A DNA stretch of 64,000 nucleotides from assembly GCA_905178155.1 (NCBI GenBank), contig CAJINV010000015.1, positions 1,542,538-1,606,537 of the forward strand, given 5' to 3'. Positions 35,917 through 48,970 of the stretch are shown one piece after another. The notes beneath the pieces were generated by a model. The model saw only the letters and a list, made by a program, of their open reading frames with translations, had not been told where the DNA came from and did not search any database. The DNA is from Amoebophrya sp. A120. Lineage: Eukaryota > Protista > Dinoflagellata. The position numbers and the translations under genes were made by a program. The number at the start of each line of letters is the position of its first letter. Position 1 is the first letter of the stretch.

Positions 35917-36828
35917 AAGCTCGTGGGGCTTTCGAGAATCCATGAACCGTAGTTCACCCGGCCTCGTAGAGATGAAGCTCTTAGGATTTTTGAGATCGTA
36001 CTAACCATTCCGTCGCTTTCGTTCCGTCGCGGCCGCGTATACACATTCTGTTCCTCATTTTCATTCTGTCTCTAGAGGTACTTAGATGAATCAAACTTGA
36101 GAATACAGCTCGCCAACGGTCAAAATGAATCCTTACCAGTACCTGTGCCTATACAAGAAGTGACGAGACTCAAGCATTTATTTACGCATGCAGCGAGTCC
36201 TTGTTCTGCTTGTTTCGTCTAGGTGTGAAACTGAAAACCACTTCTGCGAAGATACAGGCATTGTCGGTTTTTTCACTACGCACGGCACCTCGGTGATTTG
36301 AAATTTTCGCTTGTATAAAAATTATGAGTCAGCGCGTCGTGGTTCTCGTTCCGCTTGACCTGGCTTTGTCTGTTTTCGTACGTGAAATGGAAGAATGTTG
36401 ATCGGCTTTCGTACAGGTTTTGATGTCAGACCGTGGCGTGTGTATATCAAAACTCGTTCTATCGGTTTCTTCGTTCAAGCTTTAAGCTACTTTCTCTGTG
36501 ATTCCAGTCGGTTTTCGTGTATTTAATTCCGATGGTACCTCTACCTCCTACTCGTACACGTACTTACTTGGACATGCTGCCTGAAATAGTAATAGAGAAG
36601 TGCGACATTCTATTCCTAAACCAGCACCACCTCAGTCAGCGCTAGAATGTGTCCCTGCCCAGCACCCCCCTGATTGGCATTGACACCAGCACGACTCGTC
36701 AAGTGTATTGAAGTTAAGTAGCGGGGGTTCAATTTTCCTACTCCATCAGGTGGCATTATTTGTACTAGCTCGTGCTCGCTAGCGTCATACGCTTACGGTC
36801 GTCCACAAGAAGAAATAAAAAAACGAAA

Positions 36829-39800
36829 ATGCCAAAAAGTGTCACAACTAGCTTTAACATTTGTGGTGCTGCCCCCGCACCTGTTTTGCAGCGCAGCTTC
36901 ATCTTCAGATCTGCAGGTCATTACTCACGGCCGCGATTATTTTCCTTATCGATCTACTTTCTTGCTTTCTCGTCTGTAGCAGAAGGCCTCAGCAGCTCTT
37001 TCGACTTCAAACTTCACAAAAAATATGTCGGAAGTAGTACCACCACCAGAGCCTTCCTTTTCCTTCTGCAGCTGCACGCCACGACGATCCCGTCCTATCA
37101 AAGTGAAAAAAGCCCCCACCCCATATCGGAAACGGAAGACGCGCGAATTTGTGATGCTGTATTTGAGTACACGAGTCGACTTGTATTGCTAGAAGGCCAA
37201 GAGACGAAGCTGCGGCCTAAATTGCAGGTAATCTGCCATGCTGTTTCCCACTTCCAGTTGCCTCCTGTCATCCTGGAGCTCCAACGCCTTCCCACGCTAG
37301 ACAGCACTACAGTCCGCATCTTTTGCCTTCTAGCATCACAAAGCTGATTTGTGACCCCAAATCTGCATCACAGATCTCCGTTTTGATATGGGGAGGGGGC
37401 CTTTTTCATTGTAATACCTCCTGTGCCGCCTTCTGGACGACGAATCCAAGTACCAGACCTATGAATTGCAAATATGTCTGGGTCTGGAAGAATGGAAGGC
37501 TTGTCCTGCTTGTCTGGCATGACCCATGATGCTTGTAATGCATGACCCAGCATCACAGATTTTTGGAAGGCTTCCTGATGCCATTTCCGCATGACAAATG
37601 CCCTACTCGCGTAGCACAAATGTGGCTCCTCTTGCTGGTCATGCAATACAGATTTTTTTAGAGTCCAAAGTTAGCATCACAAGTTCCAACTTTCCAGACC
37701 CAGACATTTTTGCATTTGATAAGACCGGAGGATGAACAACACCACGGGACACCATCATCCACTAGGTCAAAAAAAGTGAAGCGGGACCGGTTCAAGTTTT
37801 TAGCTCCAAACGAGCCCGTGGAGGAGGAGGAGGAACCGGGAATTCCGAGTACCTCCCTGTTGGAAAAACAAGCGAAGAACACGAATACCAACGTCGAAAA
37901 CCCGCAAGGGCTATCCTCTTCCAACACGGACAGCATGACCGGTAGTTCCGGTGCTCAAGAGGAACTACAAGCTCTTGCTTCCCATCATACAACTCATTCT
38001 CACAGTGAAGGTGAACGGCCCAGACCTCCTGCTGTGGGGACGACAGGTGGCGCAGGAGATCACGAGGGTCGTGACACGACAACATCCTCGGACAAGCAGA
38101 AGCGCCTGCAGAAAAACCGAGACGATGTTGAAGTAGACCATTTATCTTCCCAATCGAGTACAACTTCCTCTACCCCCGCTCTCAACATCGCAGCCTCTTT
38201 CCTCGAATCGGTGTTACAAGCGTTGCAGCCACCGGAGTGGATGCTTTTGCGGGATCCAAGTCAGGTGATCTATTACGACGGCAGTAGTGCGACTGCACAA
38301 TCCGGATCGTCACATCAGGGGCGGAAGATGGATGTGAGAGCAGGAGGGGAAGTTGTTGACCACGCCCCTTTAGGAGCATCTTCTACCCCTTCCGGAAGCA
38401 GGCCCACCGGTTCTGATCTACAAGCGCATGATCTTCCAGCTGGTTCTGGTGGTGATGATGCCTTTACAGGACGGGTGGACTTCCTCCAACAAGACGCAGC
38501 CACTTCAGGAAAATCAACATCCTCGGCGGGAAACCATGACAACTCGTTCCTGGAAAAAACTGATGGTGATCTCCGGGACGAGGTGGAAAACGTCGAAGGG
38601 CCCTTGTCTTCCGCAGTCCTATCGTCTAAAAAAAGCACTTCTTCTAGTTCTACACCCCCTCTTGCTATTGCACCACAACCCCCAGGAGCCGGCGCGCAAG
38701 TGGGAGAAGAAGAAGCAACTGCTGCTGCGTCGACGAAAACCCTTGGCCTTGTTGAAGATGTGGTCTCCACCTCCGAGGAGCGAATTTCCTCTTCCGTTCT
38801 GGAGAAACAAGATCATCTGGCGGGGAAAACAGAGGACGATGATGGAGAAACGAATTCCCTCAAGAACAACCCACACACTACAGAGCATCTTCCGGTGCTC
38901 GAGGACAACTACTACCCAGGAGCAGCGAAGACCACTGGCTCATCGTCCAGTGGTTCATCATCTCGTAGTGCAGGAGGCATTGAAAAAGCGGGAAACAACA
39001 AGCTCCCGGATGAAAAAGAAGATCTTCTTGTTCCAGAGGACCTCCGCGGGCGGCCATCTTCACGGGTAGAAGAATCTTTCTTGGAAGCAGCTGCTGCTGG
39101 GGACGGCGCTGGTGACCTCCACACGTCGACGGGACGAACATCAAAAGCGACCGGACCTCCACGGGGGATGAAAAAGAACGGCGACAGGACGACGGAAGAT
39201 ACCCTGCTGTCGGGTCGTAAGAATGGGAAGAACGATGACCACGACACGACGTCGACGACCTACAGTGTGAGCGCACCAGAGGAGGACCACCTCCGCAGCG
39301 CTCCTGGTAGAAGAAGTTCTTCTCGTCGTACGGTGTTTGAACCTTCTGTATCTGCTGACCAAGCCCAGTCCTCTATGCTATTGACCAAACCATCCGAGTA
39401 TGAATTGCAAAAATGTCTGGGTCTAGAGACTTGTGATGCCAGAAAGGGAATAGTGAACTCACTATGATGCGCTGCCAAGCATGACAAGTTTTTTTCATGA
39501 TTCTGAGTTGCGTACTTCGCATGACAAACTGCGTTTTTGCATGACAGGGAGGAGGAGCTCTTCGCGGCCATGCAACACAGAGTTCAGAGTCATGGCAGAC
39601 TAGCATGCCAAGTCGCAGAATGTTCCAGACCCAGACACTTTTGCATTTGATGCCGAGGAAAAGTCCAAGTCCGAGCACGGAAAAGCGAAAAAGAACGCCC
39701 CTTCCGTGAGTTGCGTCGACTTATGCACTGCAAATATGATGTTGTCCGGGTCCTCTAGATGAAGATAACCATGGCCGCCACCACCAGAGGTTTGTGATGC

Positions 39801-40991
39801 GAGAGTCGCATGACCCAGAGGAGTTCCTCAGGCTGTGTGGACGAATCAATGCGGGCTCTAGTAGCATCACAAGTTGTTTCGAGGAGGTGCTAGTACCTCT
39901 TCGATGTCTTCTTGCATGAAACCATAATGTTCTTGTCTTTGGCAGGTGAGGACCAAGAATGTTGAGTGCTCCCTACGTACTACTTACAACTTTTTCGCTG
40001 GTTAACATGCAATAACAATACTTTAATACAGATTTTTCGAGTTTTTTCGTTGGCCACACAGCCTAGCATCACAAACTGGCGGGACTTGCTTTATTCCAGA
40101 GGACCCAATAGATGACATGTTTGCCATGGATGCGACTGCTACGACGAGGACGATAGCGACGACGACGAAGACGAGAGCGTTGACAAGAAAAAAAGTACCT
40201 CGAAAAAGAAGTCGCGTGGAAGTCGGTTGGACGCAGATGATGAGGATGAGGAGGCCACTATTACAATGAAAAATTCCTTGTGTGCCTCCCCACCGCGGAA
40301 TTTGCAAAATTTGTTGATGCATAAGGTTTTCAAATGAAGAACTTTTCATCTGTGCGTAACTAAAAGGACTACGACTCTTTCTGGTCGTGCAGAACCTAGA
40401 CTGCGCAAGGTAAGTATCTTTTGCATAACAGATCCGGCTGCTCCTGTTGGGCTTCTTTGCTGCAACACAAATTTAAGCTATTAATTCTTTCAGCATGGAA
40501 AATTTGTGATGTTGATATATGCAGCAAGACGGGGAATGTTCCCATTGGAAAGGTTTGCAATACAAATGCTGCCAAGTTCTTCTGGGGTGGGGGTATTTTT
40601 CACTGTAATAGCCCGAAAACTGAGAAAATATCGCGCAAGACTCATCGGGGACGCGTGCAGGACTCTGGATTTGGACCACGATTGCAGCGCCTTCGGACTC
40701 ACACCGGACGTTGAGGAATGCAAGACCCAGCACCAGTTTTGCGAAGAGATAAAACACAAGATACGAAAAGCAGCGACAAAGGCTCGATTCAAGTGCCACC
40801 CGGATAAATGGGATAATTTGGTGGCACAAGGCAAAGAGAATGAAACCGAATGCCTCATCAACAAATCGGCATACAAAGAAAAAGGGGACGCCGCGATGCA
40901 GAAGCCGCGGCAGGCCGTCTCAAAGGAGGAGGTGGTTGCGCAATTCCACGAGATCATGAAGGCCAGAGATACACTACTTTTGCTTGATTGA
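36829..40991 (+). CDS. Low-complexity protein with C-terminal J-domain (DnaJ-like)
   Basis: IRKAATKARFKCHPDK...AQFHEIMKARDTL (HPD motif); 5 introners removed in frame; start codon uncertain. Confidence 0.65.
37096..37416. mobile_element. Introner family C
   Basis: TSD CGTCC/CCTCC. Confidence 0.88.
37460..37721. mobile_element. Introner family A
   Basis: TSD AGACC/AGACC. Confidence 0.92.
39399..39652. mobile_element. Introner family A (3' end ATG)
   Basis: TSD CCGAG/CCGAG. Confidence 0.9.
39722..40132. mobile_element. Introner family A (longest, 411 bp, degenerate; 3' end ATG)
   Basis: TSD CGACT/CGACT; TIR interrupted by small insertions. Confidence 0.78.
40259..40610. mobile_element. Introner family C (degenerate)
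   Basis: TATTACAATGAAAAAT / ATTTTTCACTGTAATA; TSD GCCAC/GCCCG. Confidence 0.8.
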
Positions 40992-41714
40992 GCAGCTACG
41001 GAAGAACATCAGGCGTGAAATTGTGGTGCCAGGCAAGGCTTATTTGCCTGGCTTGAAGCTGTGTTATTTCCTTCTAGTTGTCAGGTCACTTTTTTTTTTT
41101 ACGCTAATTACCCTAGTAACAATTTTTTGATGCAGCAGCTCTTTAGCTGTAGGATCGATCATCACGATCATTTTTTATACCCGAGATACCTACCACCATT
41201 ACCATTTACTTTCTGATTGTGGTATGCGAAACCAATATTTGTTCAGTATGCTTTTTGCTTTTGACTTGCACTCCGTCCGAGGAGAAACAGGCGCATTTCC
41301 ATGCATCGACGCTCCTTGCAGCTGTGTTCTCAGAGGATAAGCGTTCTGACTCGAATAACCGTTCTAACTCGGTTTGGAAGATCCTGTTGATCTTATTTGT
41401 TTACGTTTTCCGAGGTTGTACTTGTATTGTATCATCGTCAGCTTCATGAAATTATAAAGACCTACATCCGGCACCGCCGCTTTCGTGCTTGCGATCTCCA
41501 ATGCTCTGAGTTCTTCGTCCATGATGCTGGCACTACAAACAAATTTCTTGTCCCGGAGCCGGGACAGAAACGAACGCGAAAAACACTAAACCGTTTTTTA
41601 TCGAAAGTAGACTACGGTGCGCCACGAGGATCAAAAATGAAACGAAAGTAGTCTCCCCCGTCCTCGCAACATCGTTCGGTAGCTTACACCTCATTTTCTA
41701 GCGCAGCAAATAAA

Positions 41715-44700
41715 ATGCCGCAACTTCTTCTACCCGGCGGTTGTACTACTGCAGCTTCCCTCCCCCCCGACCAAGATTTGCTAAAAGTATCCGTCGAGCG
41801 GGAGTTTCAGGCGTTTTACGGATTCCAGACGACCTCTGACGCCGATCGGGAACTGCTTTTCTTCGAGGAGAAATTGGCAATCCAAGTGGAAACGCCCCTG
41901 GTCTTGGTGTCTCATATAGGGTTCGGCGGGTTGGTGGTTTTTGAGGCGAAGCAGAACTACAGTGGTGTTTCTGAGCATTCGCCTACAAATAGTGCCGCGG
42001 GTCCTCGTGCTGGTGTGGTCACCGCCGTGCAGGCCAGGGTCGTGTGGGAAGTGAGGTAAGTAGGGTTTTTTCGGTGTATTCAATCGAAAAGTGATGAGAT
42101 GTTCATGTAGTGGGATATACAGTCCTCCTGTGCCTGTCTGAACAACATTATGATGTCGCCTCTACTTGCAAAAGCATACATGGAGGACTTATTGCGTCGA
42201 GCTCGGTCCTGCTTTCGTTCATAGTACAGACGAAATCGCCTAAACACGACCACGCTCATCCTCATCCTCAGGTGGTCGGGCTTTCCGGGTTTGACCCCCG
42301 AACTGTTTCTCCGCGCCGGCCTGAACCGAAAGCCACTACCCCGGGTGCTGACCACGGTGCTTGCGTACCTCTACGAGTTGCCAAATGCTGTGCCGCTCGA
42401 CGACACAATAATTTCAGCGGTCGGACTTGAAGATGCCGGCAATATTAAAAGCGACCTACTTCCAAAACTCAGCCTCCCGATGAAAGTGGGATCAACAGCC
42501 AACGCTTCCTCCTCCGACCCCACGCCTAGAAGATTAATCTCCCCAGGGAAACAACATCAAGGCCGGACAACGCCAACCTCTAGTTCTAGGAACAACAGAA
42601 ATCGACTGAGCCCAAGAACGGCTGCAGCGGCTCCCTCGCCCGGAGCAGGGGGAACGACACCCATCCGGGGTGGTCGGTTGGGTGCAGTCACGCCTCCTCG
42701 AGGACAACAACTTCCCGGGAATTCATTTCACCACGACCGTCAACAACATCAATCTGGAGCAGGTGTGTTATCTCCAAATAGCACGGCGAATCAGCAGCTG
42801 AGCACGACAAGTTCTCTACGAGCGGCTGCGCGGGCGAACAAAGAGCGGATTTTGGCCAACGCGGGACCCGGGGGAGTGATGGTCGCAGCTGCTGGTACAC
42901 CAGACGGGAACAAAATATTGAACGGAGAGGACGGTAGTACGTCTACAGCGCTGCTGCGCAATGTTGAGCACGGGCAAAATTCTCCTTCCAAAACTGACCG
43001 TACATCTGGACCTCCGGTGGCCTATGTGAAAGCAGAGCCGGCGAAAGTCGTTGATTTGAGCGTCCGATTGGAACAACGGCTGGGGTCGATATTTATCGCG
43101 TCGCAACCAATTACAACGACTTACCAAAACAATGAAACATCTGTAAAGAAAACTTCAGTGCCTCCGCGCTCTCAGACAAAGGGAAGATTCTACCTTTACT
43201 ACCTCGCCATCGCTTTTTGCGGGCTCTTTGTCCGGTGCCAAATCGCCCAGAATCCACACTCGGGGGAAGGACAGTACCCGAAATTCGGCGACTTCGAAGC
43301 ACAACGGCATTGGGTGGAGATTACCAACCACATACCGATGTCAGACTGGTACTTTGGGGACTACAAGTACAACGAGTTGGATTATTGGGGCCTGGATTAC
43401 CCACCTCTGACCATGTACCACGCCTGGCTGATTGGGAAATTTTACTACTTGTTGAAATCCGTGCGTTTTTCCAACTGGCTCCTCGAGTTTTTCAGTGAGA
43501 ATACGTTGGAGATGCAAAACGCAGCATCTTCTTCGGGGAGGTCGTTTTACGGCGGATCGTCCTCAGCCCCCTCTGGTGCAGTCGCTGAAGATTGGTTTGC
43601 GCGGTACCATAGCAAGTGCAAATATGTCTGGGTCTGAAAGAATACAAACTTGTGATGCGCATTTCAGAACACAGAAAAATTTCTAATGCATAGGCAGCAA
43701 AACAGGTTTCCCACTTTCTGTCACCAAAATGAGGCATTTGTCATTCGGATTCGGCATTGCGGAAGCCCCTCGAAACCTGTGATGCTAGAGCTTCCATGCC
43801 AGACCTCCCGCGTCATGCAAAAACAGCGTGACTCTTCCAGACCCAGACATTTTTGCATTCGATATACCATTCCAGAGGAAACGAAGATTGCAAAATCTTT
43901 ATGCGCTTCATGGTCTTACTCACCGACTTTCTCATCTTTGGGACCGCGTGCTATTATTACTGCGAGAAAGTTTTGAAAAACGAGACATTGCTGTTTGGGG
44001 GTGCGGTCGGTTCTTCGGGAAATAAAAGCACTAGTAATAATGTCCTGAGCAAGTTCCGTCTCCTGTTTTTCGCTTTCCTCTACAACAGTCCAAGCATTAT
44101 CTTCATCGACCATGGGCACTTCCAGTTTAACACAATCGCGCTGGGCTTGGTGCTCTGGGCGGTAAACTTGATTTACTTCGGGAGAAAATTGGCGGGGTCG
44201 GTTTTGTTTGTTCTCGCGCTTTTCTACAAACAAACCATGCTTTATTTCGCGCCCGCGTTCTTCTTTTACCTATTGGGGGAGGCGTGCAGCGGACTCGGAT
44301 CAACAACATCTTCGGCAGGAAATGATTATAGACCTTCATCTGCAAGCGCAAGGGATGAACAAGGTGTAGATATCGGCACTGCTGTGAAGACCGAGAAACT
44401 CATCTGCCATGCGGACCGACACGCAGACCTGGGGTTCGGTTCACAAAAAGTGTTATCCGCGTCCCCTTCTAGTTCTACTCGAAACGAACAAAAGAAGACC
44501 ACGATACACGAGTTCATTGGTGAGGACGTCGAGGAAAGCAATCTGCGGTCAACGGTGAATGAGGACCACGTCGAGGATGAATTAGTAGAAACAGATGCTG
44601 ACGGGACGAGGAAAAAAGCGACTTTGATTGTCAGATCGTGGCAGAAAAATAGTACTACAACCGCCACGACGATGAAGAATAATTCCCCGAAGAACACAGC

Positions 44701-47700
44701 GACAAAAACAACAAAGCCGTCGACTTCAACCACGACTCTCAAGACCGTGCTCTTCAGCTTCACTTTCTACAAGAACCTTTTCCAACTCGGAGTCACCGTG
44801 CTGCTTACGTGCCTCGCCCTCCTCCTCCCCTTCCTCATCCAACAAGACAACGGTGGACTGCAGCAGCTCGCGCAAATCAAGAACCGGGTTTTTCCGTTCG
44901 GCCGGGGAATCTTCGAAGACTACGTTTCCAATCTTTGGGTTTTACTCTCGCCGGTTTTGAAACTCCGGGAGCTGATATGACAGCGCACAACTCCCCCTCC
45001 CCCTCATTTGTCATGCAAAATACCCAATCCACCCTTTGCCCCTTGGCACTGTTTGCGTGACAAGTTCTGGCAGCCTTAATAGAACTACAATCCAGCGCAA
45101 ATTTGTAATGCAAAACCGACACTCTTGCTGATGCTTGTATTGCCGTTCATGCTATACAAATGAGGGGGAGGGGGAGTTGTGCACTGTCATAGCTGACCCG
45201 AGACGAAGAATCCATTTACGCGAAAGCAAGTTCAATATGCATTGCAAAACCAAAAGTAACGTACTAGTATAATAAAGTGCATTACAAATTTTGGAAAGAA
45301 GAAAAGTGGAATTTGTAATGCTGTTTTACCTGCTTAGGAGGGAGATTTGTCATGCATATTTGCAATTAGTACGAGTGCGATACTTTTGCACAGCATATTC
45401 AATTGGCGGCGCTACAAGCTCGCTTTTCGGACGAGGACCGAGTGGCGCTGATTTTACCTACGCCGACGCAAGCGGAATCCTGTCAGTCTCAGTGTCGAAA
45501 TTCCTCCACGGGGTTCTCCTCCTTTTCGAGACAACAAAACTCCTTTTTTTCGCGATTTTCCACTTCCTCTACGGTACTCTCTATCGGAAAGTCTTCCTCG
45601 ACCAGTACCTCCCCGACATCCAGACCTGCTACTATCAGGCCGTTGCGCAGTCCGCGCGGGTGTCCAGCTCCTGGTTCGGGTCGGGTAAAACAGTGAGCGA
45701 AAACGTGTTACTCAATGCTCTCGGATCTTTGATTCCCGACGAATACGAACCGTTTTTGTTCGACTTACCGTATTGCACGGTTACCAAGGGTATTGAGGCG
45801 GTGAATGATTGTTTGCAGGAGGTTGTGGTATTCACCGAACGGGAAGCGATGCCGATAGTGGAACCCGTGCTAGTACGTCTTCTACCAGAAAACCTTATTA
45901 ACCCTCTCAAGAGTACTAGCACGTCGCTGTTCGAGACCTTCTTCAGCAATAAACGGCAGGTGATTTTCCTGCTGTCGCTAACCTTAACCCTCTCCGGCGC
46001 CTTCGGCGGGTCGTTTGTGACGACGTTTTATTCGAAAAAACACGGGTTCGGGGCGAAGAGCAACTTGAGGCAGTTTTTGAAAGCGCTGACAATCAGCTCC
46101 TTGTCCTTCTTATGGATTGTAGAAATGTCGGGGTCTGGAAACTTGTGACGCTGGGTGGCGTATCATGAAGAGGCCACAAGTGCTGGCTCAGCATGACAAG
46201 CTTTCGAGCTTCTAGGTGTTGCCTATTCTGCATGACAAACTGCGTTATGCATGACAGCAAAATGGGGCTCTTGGGTAACGTGCATTACAGATTTAAGAGT
46301 CATGCCAGACTAGCGTGACAGTGACAGATGTCGCATTCTTCCAGACCCAGATATATTTGCAGTTCATACTTCTTTCTCTTCAGCTGGCAGGTGCACGAGA
46401 AAGCGGTTCTACTTCCGCTCCTGCCAGTCTTGCTGGCGCTGCCGTTTGTTTTTGAAAAGAGGATCATCGACGCGATTTGTGATGCGGAGGCAGCTACTTC
46501 AGGTATTATTGCAAGCGACACGCACGACCACACGACCAGCGTTCCAAGTCCAACCGATAGTGCGAAGAGTTTAGTATCCAACCGCTGCAAGAACAGCAGA
46601 AATGCTGTCTTCAAAACTTTCGGCTTCATTCTATGGGGTTCTCAACTGTTACATTCTCAACTGTTACATGATTTGTCACGCACCTCTACCACCAAGATCG
46701 CCACGATTAAGCTGCTTCGCATGACAAATCTCCGAAGGGCCAAGCAGCATATAAATCTGTGCCAAATTTGTAATGCAAAAGGCGCACTCTTCCCCCTTTC
46801 ACTTTCGCCTTTCTTGCAATACAAATTCATGTATACAGTTGAGAGTGTAACAGTTGAGAACGCCATACATTCTGTTTGCGCACTTGTCCCTGCTCCCCCT
46901 GTCCTACAAGGACCTCAACGCCCTCGCGTGGCTGCAGCTGCTTCTCCTGCTAGCCGCGATGCTGTATTGCGGTTTTGGGATACTGCTGCACCCTCCTCGT
47001 CAGGCACTACACGATTGTAGCGCACAGACAAAAACCTCCAGCCAAAAGTACAGCGTGGCAAATCTTCTGTGGCCGGTTTTCACCATCACCCTCGCTCTAC
47101 TGAACTTTCTCCTCATTGCGGTCGAGGCGGTCTACCGGTCCGGCATTGTACCGGAGCTGCTGAGCGGAGTTAGTTTATCCAGCCTTTTCGGTAGTACTTT
47201 GACATCAATCGATGGTACTATACTCGGTTTTGACCTTGCAAATTATACCCTGGAGAAACTGATCACACCGCCGGAAAAATACCCGCATTTATACTCCTTT
47301 CTCAACTGCAGCCTCTCCGCGGTGTTCTTCCTGGTGTTTTGGCTGGATTTGTATCGTAAGGAAAAATCTCCCCTCCCCATATCGAATAGGAAATTTGTGA
47401 TGCTGATTTGTGACCAAGCTTTGTCTTGCGTACAAGGCAAACGGTACCCATGTGGCGCATTGTGCAGCGAGTCTGTCATGCGTTTTCGCATATGTCAGAC
47501 TTGTTTCTCATGCTCAGTTGCTAGCCGGATGCGTAGTTAAATGGGCTTATTAATAGAAGCAATATATTAATATGCCGCCATGCTCTTGCTGCAATAGAAA
47601 GCTCATTTGTGTACACAAATCCACCAACACAAATTGTCATTTGGATATGGGGTCGGGACTTTTTTCACTTTGATAATTTCATGCGGACGAACTGCTTTTG

Positions 47701-47929
47701 CTTCTGTCGCCCGGAGAAATTCTTCTTCTGCTTCGGCTGCTGTTTTCTGTGCAGGAAGAGAAAGAACAAGATGGGAATAAACAAGCAACAAGGTTATATC
47801 AACCTGGCAGGGGAGAGGACGAGAACTATCGAGGATGCGATGAAAAAAGCGAAAACACCGATACCGTCGGACGACGTGGCACTGGTGAATTTGCTGCAGA
47901 GGAACCTGTATTTAGTGGGGGAGGATTGA
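41715..47929 (+). CDS. ALG6: Dolichyl-P-Glc:Man9GlcNAc2-PP-Dol alpha-1,3-glucosyltransferase with long N-terminal extension
   Basis: FGDFEAQRHWVEIT, YWGLDYPPLT, IDHGHFQFN, YKQTMLYFAP, RVFPFGRGIFEDYVSN, FLFSWQVHEKAVLLP; GT-AG intron 42056-42271; 6 introners. Confidence 0.88.
43610..43864. mobile_element. Introner family A (TAG start)
   Basis: TSD TACCA/TACCA; removal restores HSRG..KIFMR. Confidence 0.88.
44976..45191. mobile_element. Introner family B
   Basis: TSD GCTGA/GCTGA. Confidence 0.92.
45236..45397. mobile_element. Introner family F
   Basis: TSD TTCAA/TTCAA. Confidence 0.85.
46111..46368. mobile_element. Introner family A
   Basis: TSD CTTCT/CTTCT; removal restores SFFLFSWQVHEK. 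Confidence 0.92.
46632..46867. mobile_element. Introner family G
   Basis: TIR with doubled TTCTCAACTGTTACA; TSD CATTC/CATTC. Confidence 0.9.
47352..47675. mobile_element. Introner family C
   Basis: TSD ATTTG/ATTTC. Confidence 0.85.
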
Positions 47930-48970
47930 AGATGATGGGAAGTTCTATGCCGAGCCCTGTTTTCTGTCAGGCTCGGGACAGGGACTCAAATGTACACTAT
48001 TCACACGGCCTTGCGCTCGCTCTTTTCTTGCCGCACACCTGGTGACGAGATGAAGACAATGTTGGGTATTGTTCGAAAAAGCTTCTCTCTGTAATCCTGG
48101 CGTGCAAGGGAAGAGTAGATACTGAAATCGGCGCTGCTACGAGCATTATACATTTCCGAGAAAATGAAAAAATCAATGTAACTAAAACAAAATCGCAAGA
48201 TAGTCCTGCAATTGATGTTGAAACTTTCAGCCGTCGCAGCAAACATATCTTCACTGAGCGCCGCTACCACAGCTGCATCCATAGATTTATGGGTCCTGTT
48301 TATTTGGAGAGTTTTCTAGTCTTGCTTGAGTTGTGCTGCCTCAGCACATCTATCTTTTTGTGTGTTTTACTTTTTTTTCCAGGCATTGTTTACATGATGT
48401 CAATGCGATGAGTGAGCGGTGTAGTGGTCTGCACGATTACGACGTAAGTATTTGTCAGCACGACCTAAGTAGGGCTGCCGCTACCTGATTTTGATAACCC
48501 CAGAAACAAAACACACGAGAGTTGTTGAGGTAAAGCGTCACGAGTCAGCAAAGTGGCAGAGATTGAGTTCAGTTTGTCCGAAGTTGACTAGGTCTATCAT
48601 TCATTCCACCCAGCAGAGGACTGCAACTTCAAATTCTGTGTCTCTCGTCTTCACAATGACTTTTCACATAGCGGAGCACTTTTTCAACTTTTTTTACAAG
48701 CGATGCCGATATCTACAAGTACACCACAAATACCATGATGAGTCCGTTTCTGCCAGGTCTGCAAGTAGAAGTAAATTCCGCTGCGCCCCAGCAGTTGTCG
48801 CGGCTGTAACAAAGGCAGAGCGCGCGGGGAGAGGAAGCGCGTTCCGTCGCTCTCCTGCCGGCCGCCGCACGACTTGGTCGCGGACAAGTAGACAGCACAG
48901 GGTGAATTTCCAAAACTACAAGCGACAGGCAGTACTAAAGCCATCGCGATATCGAAAGATCTTCAAGAAA

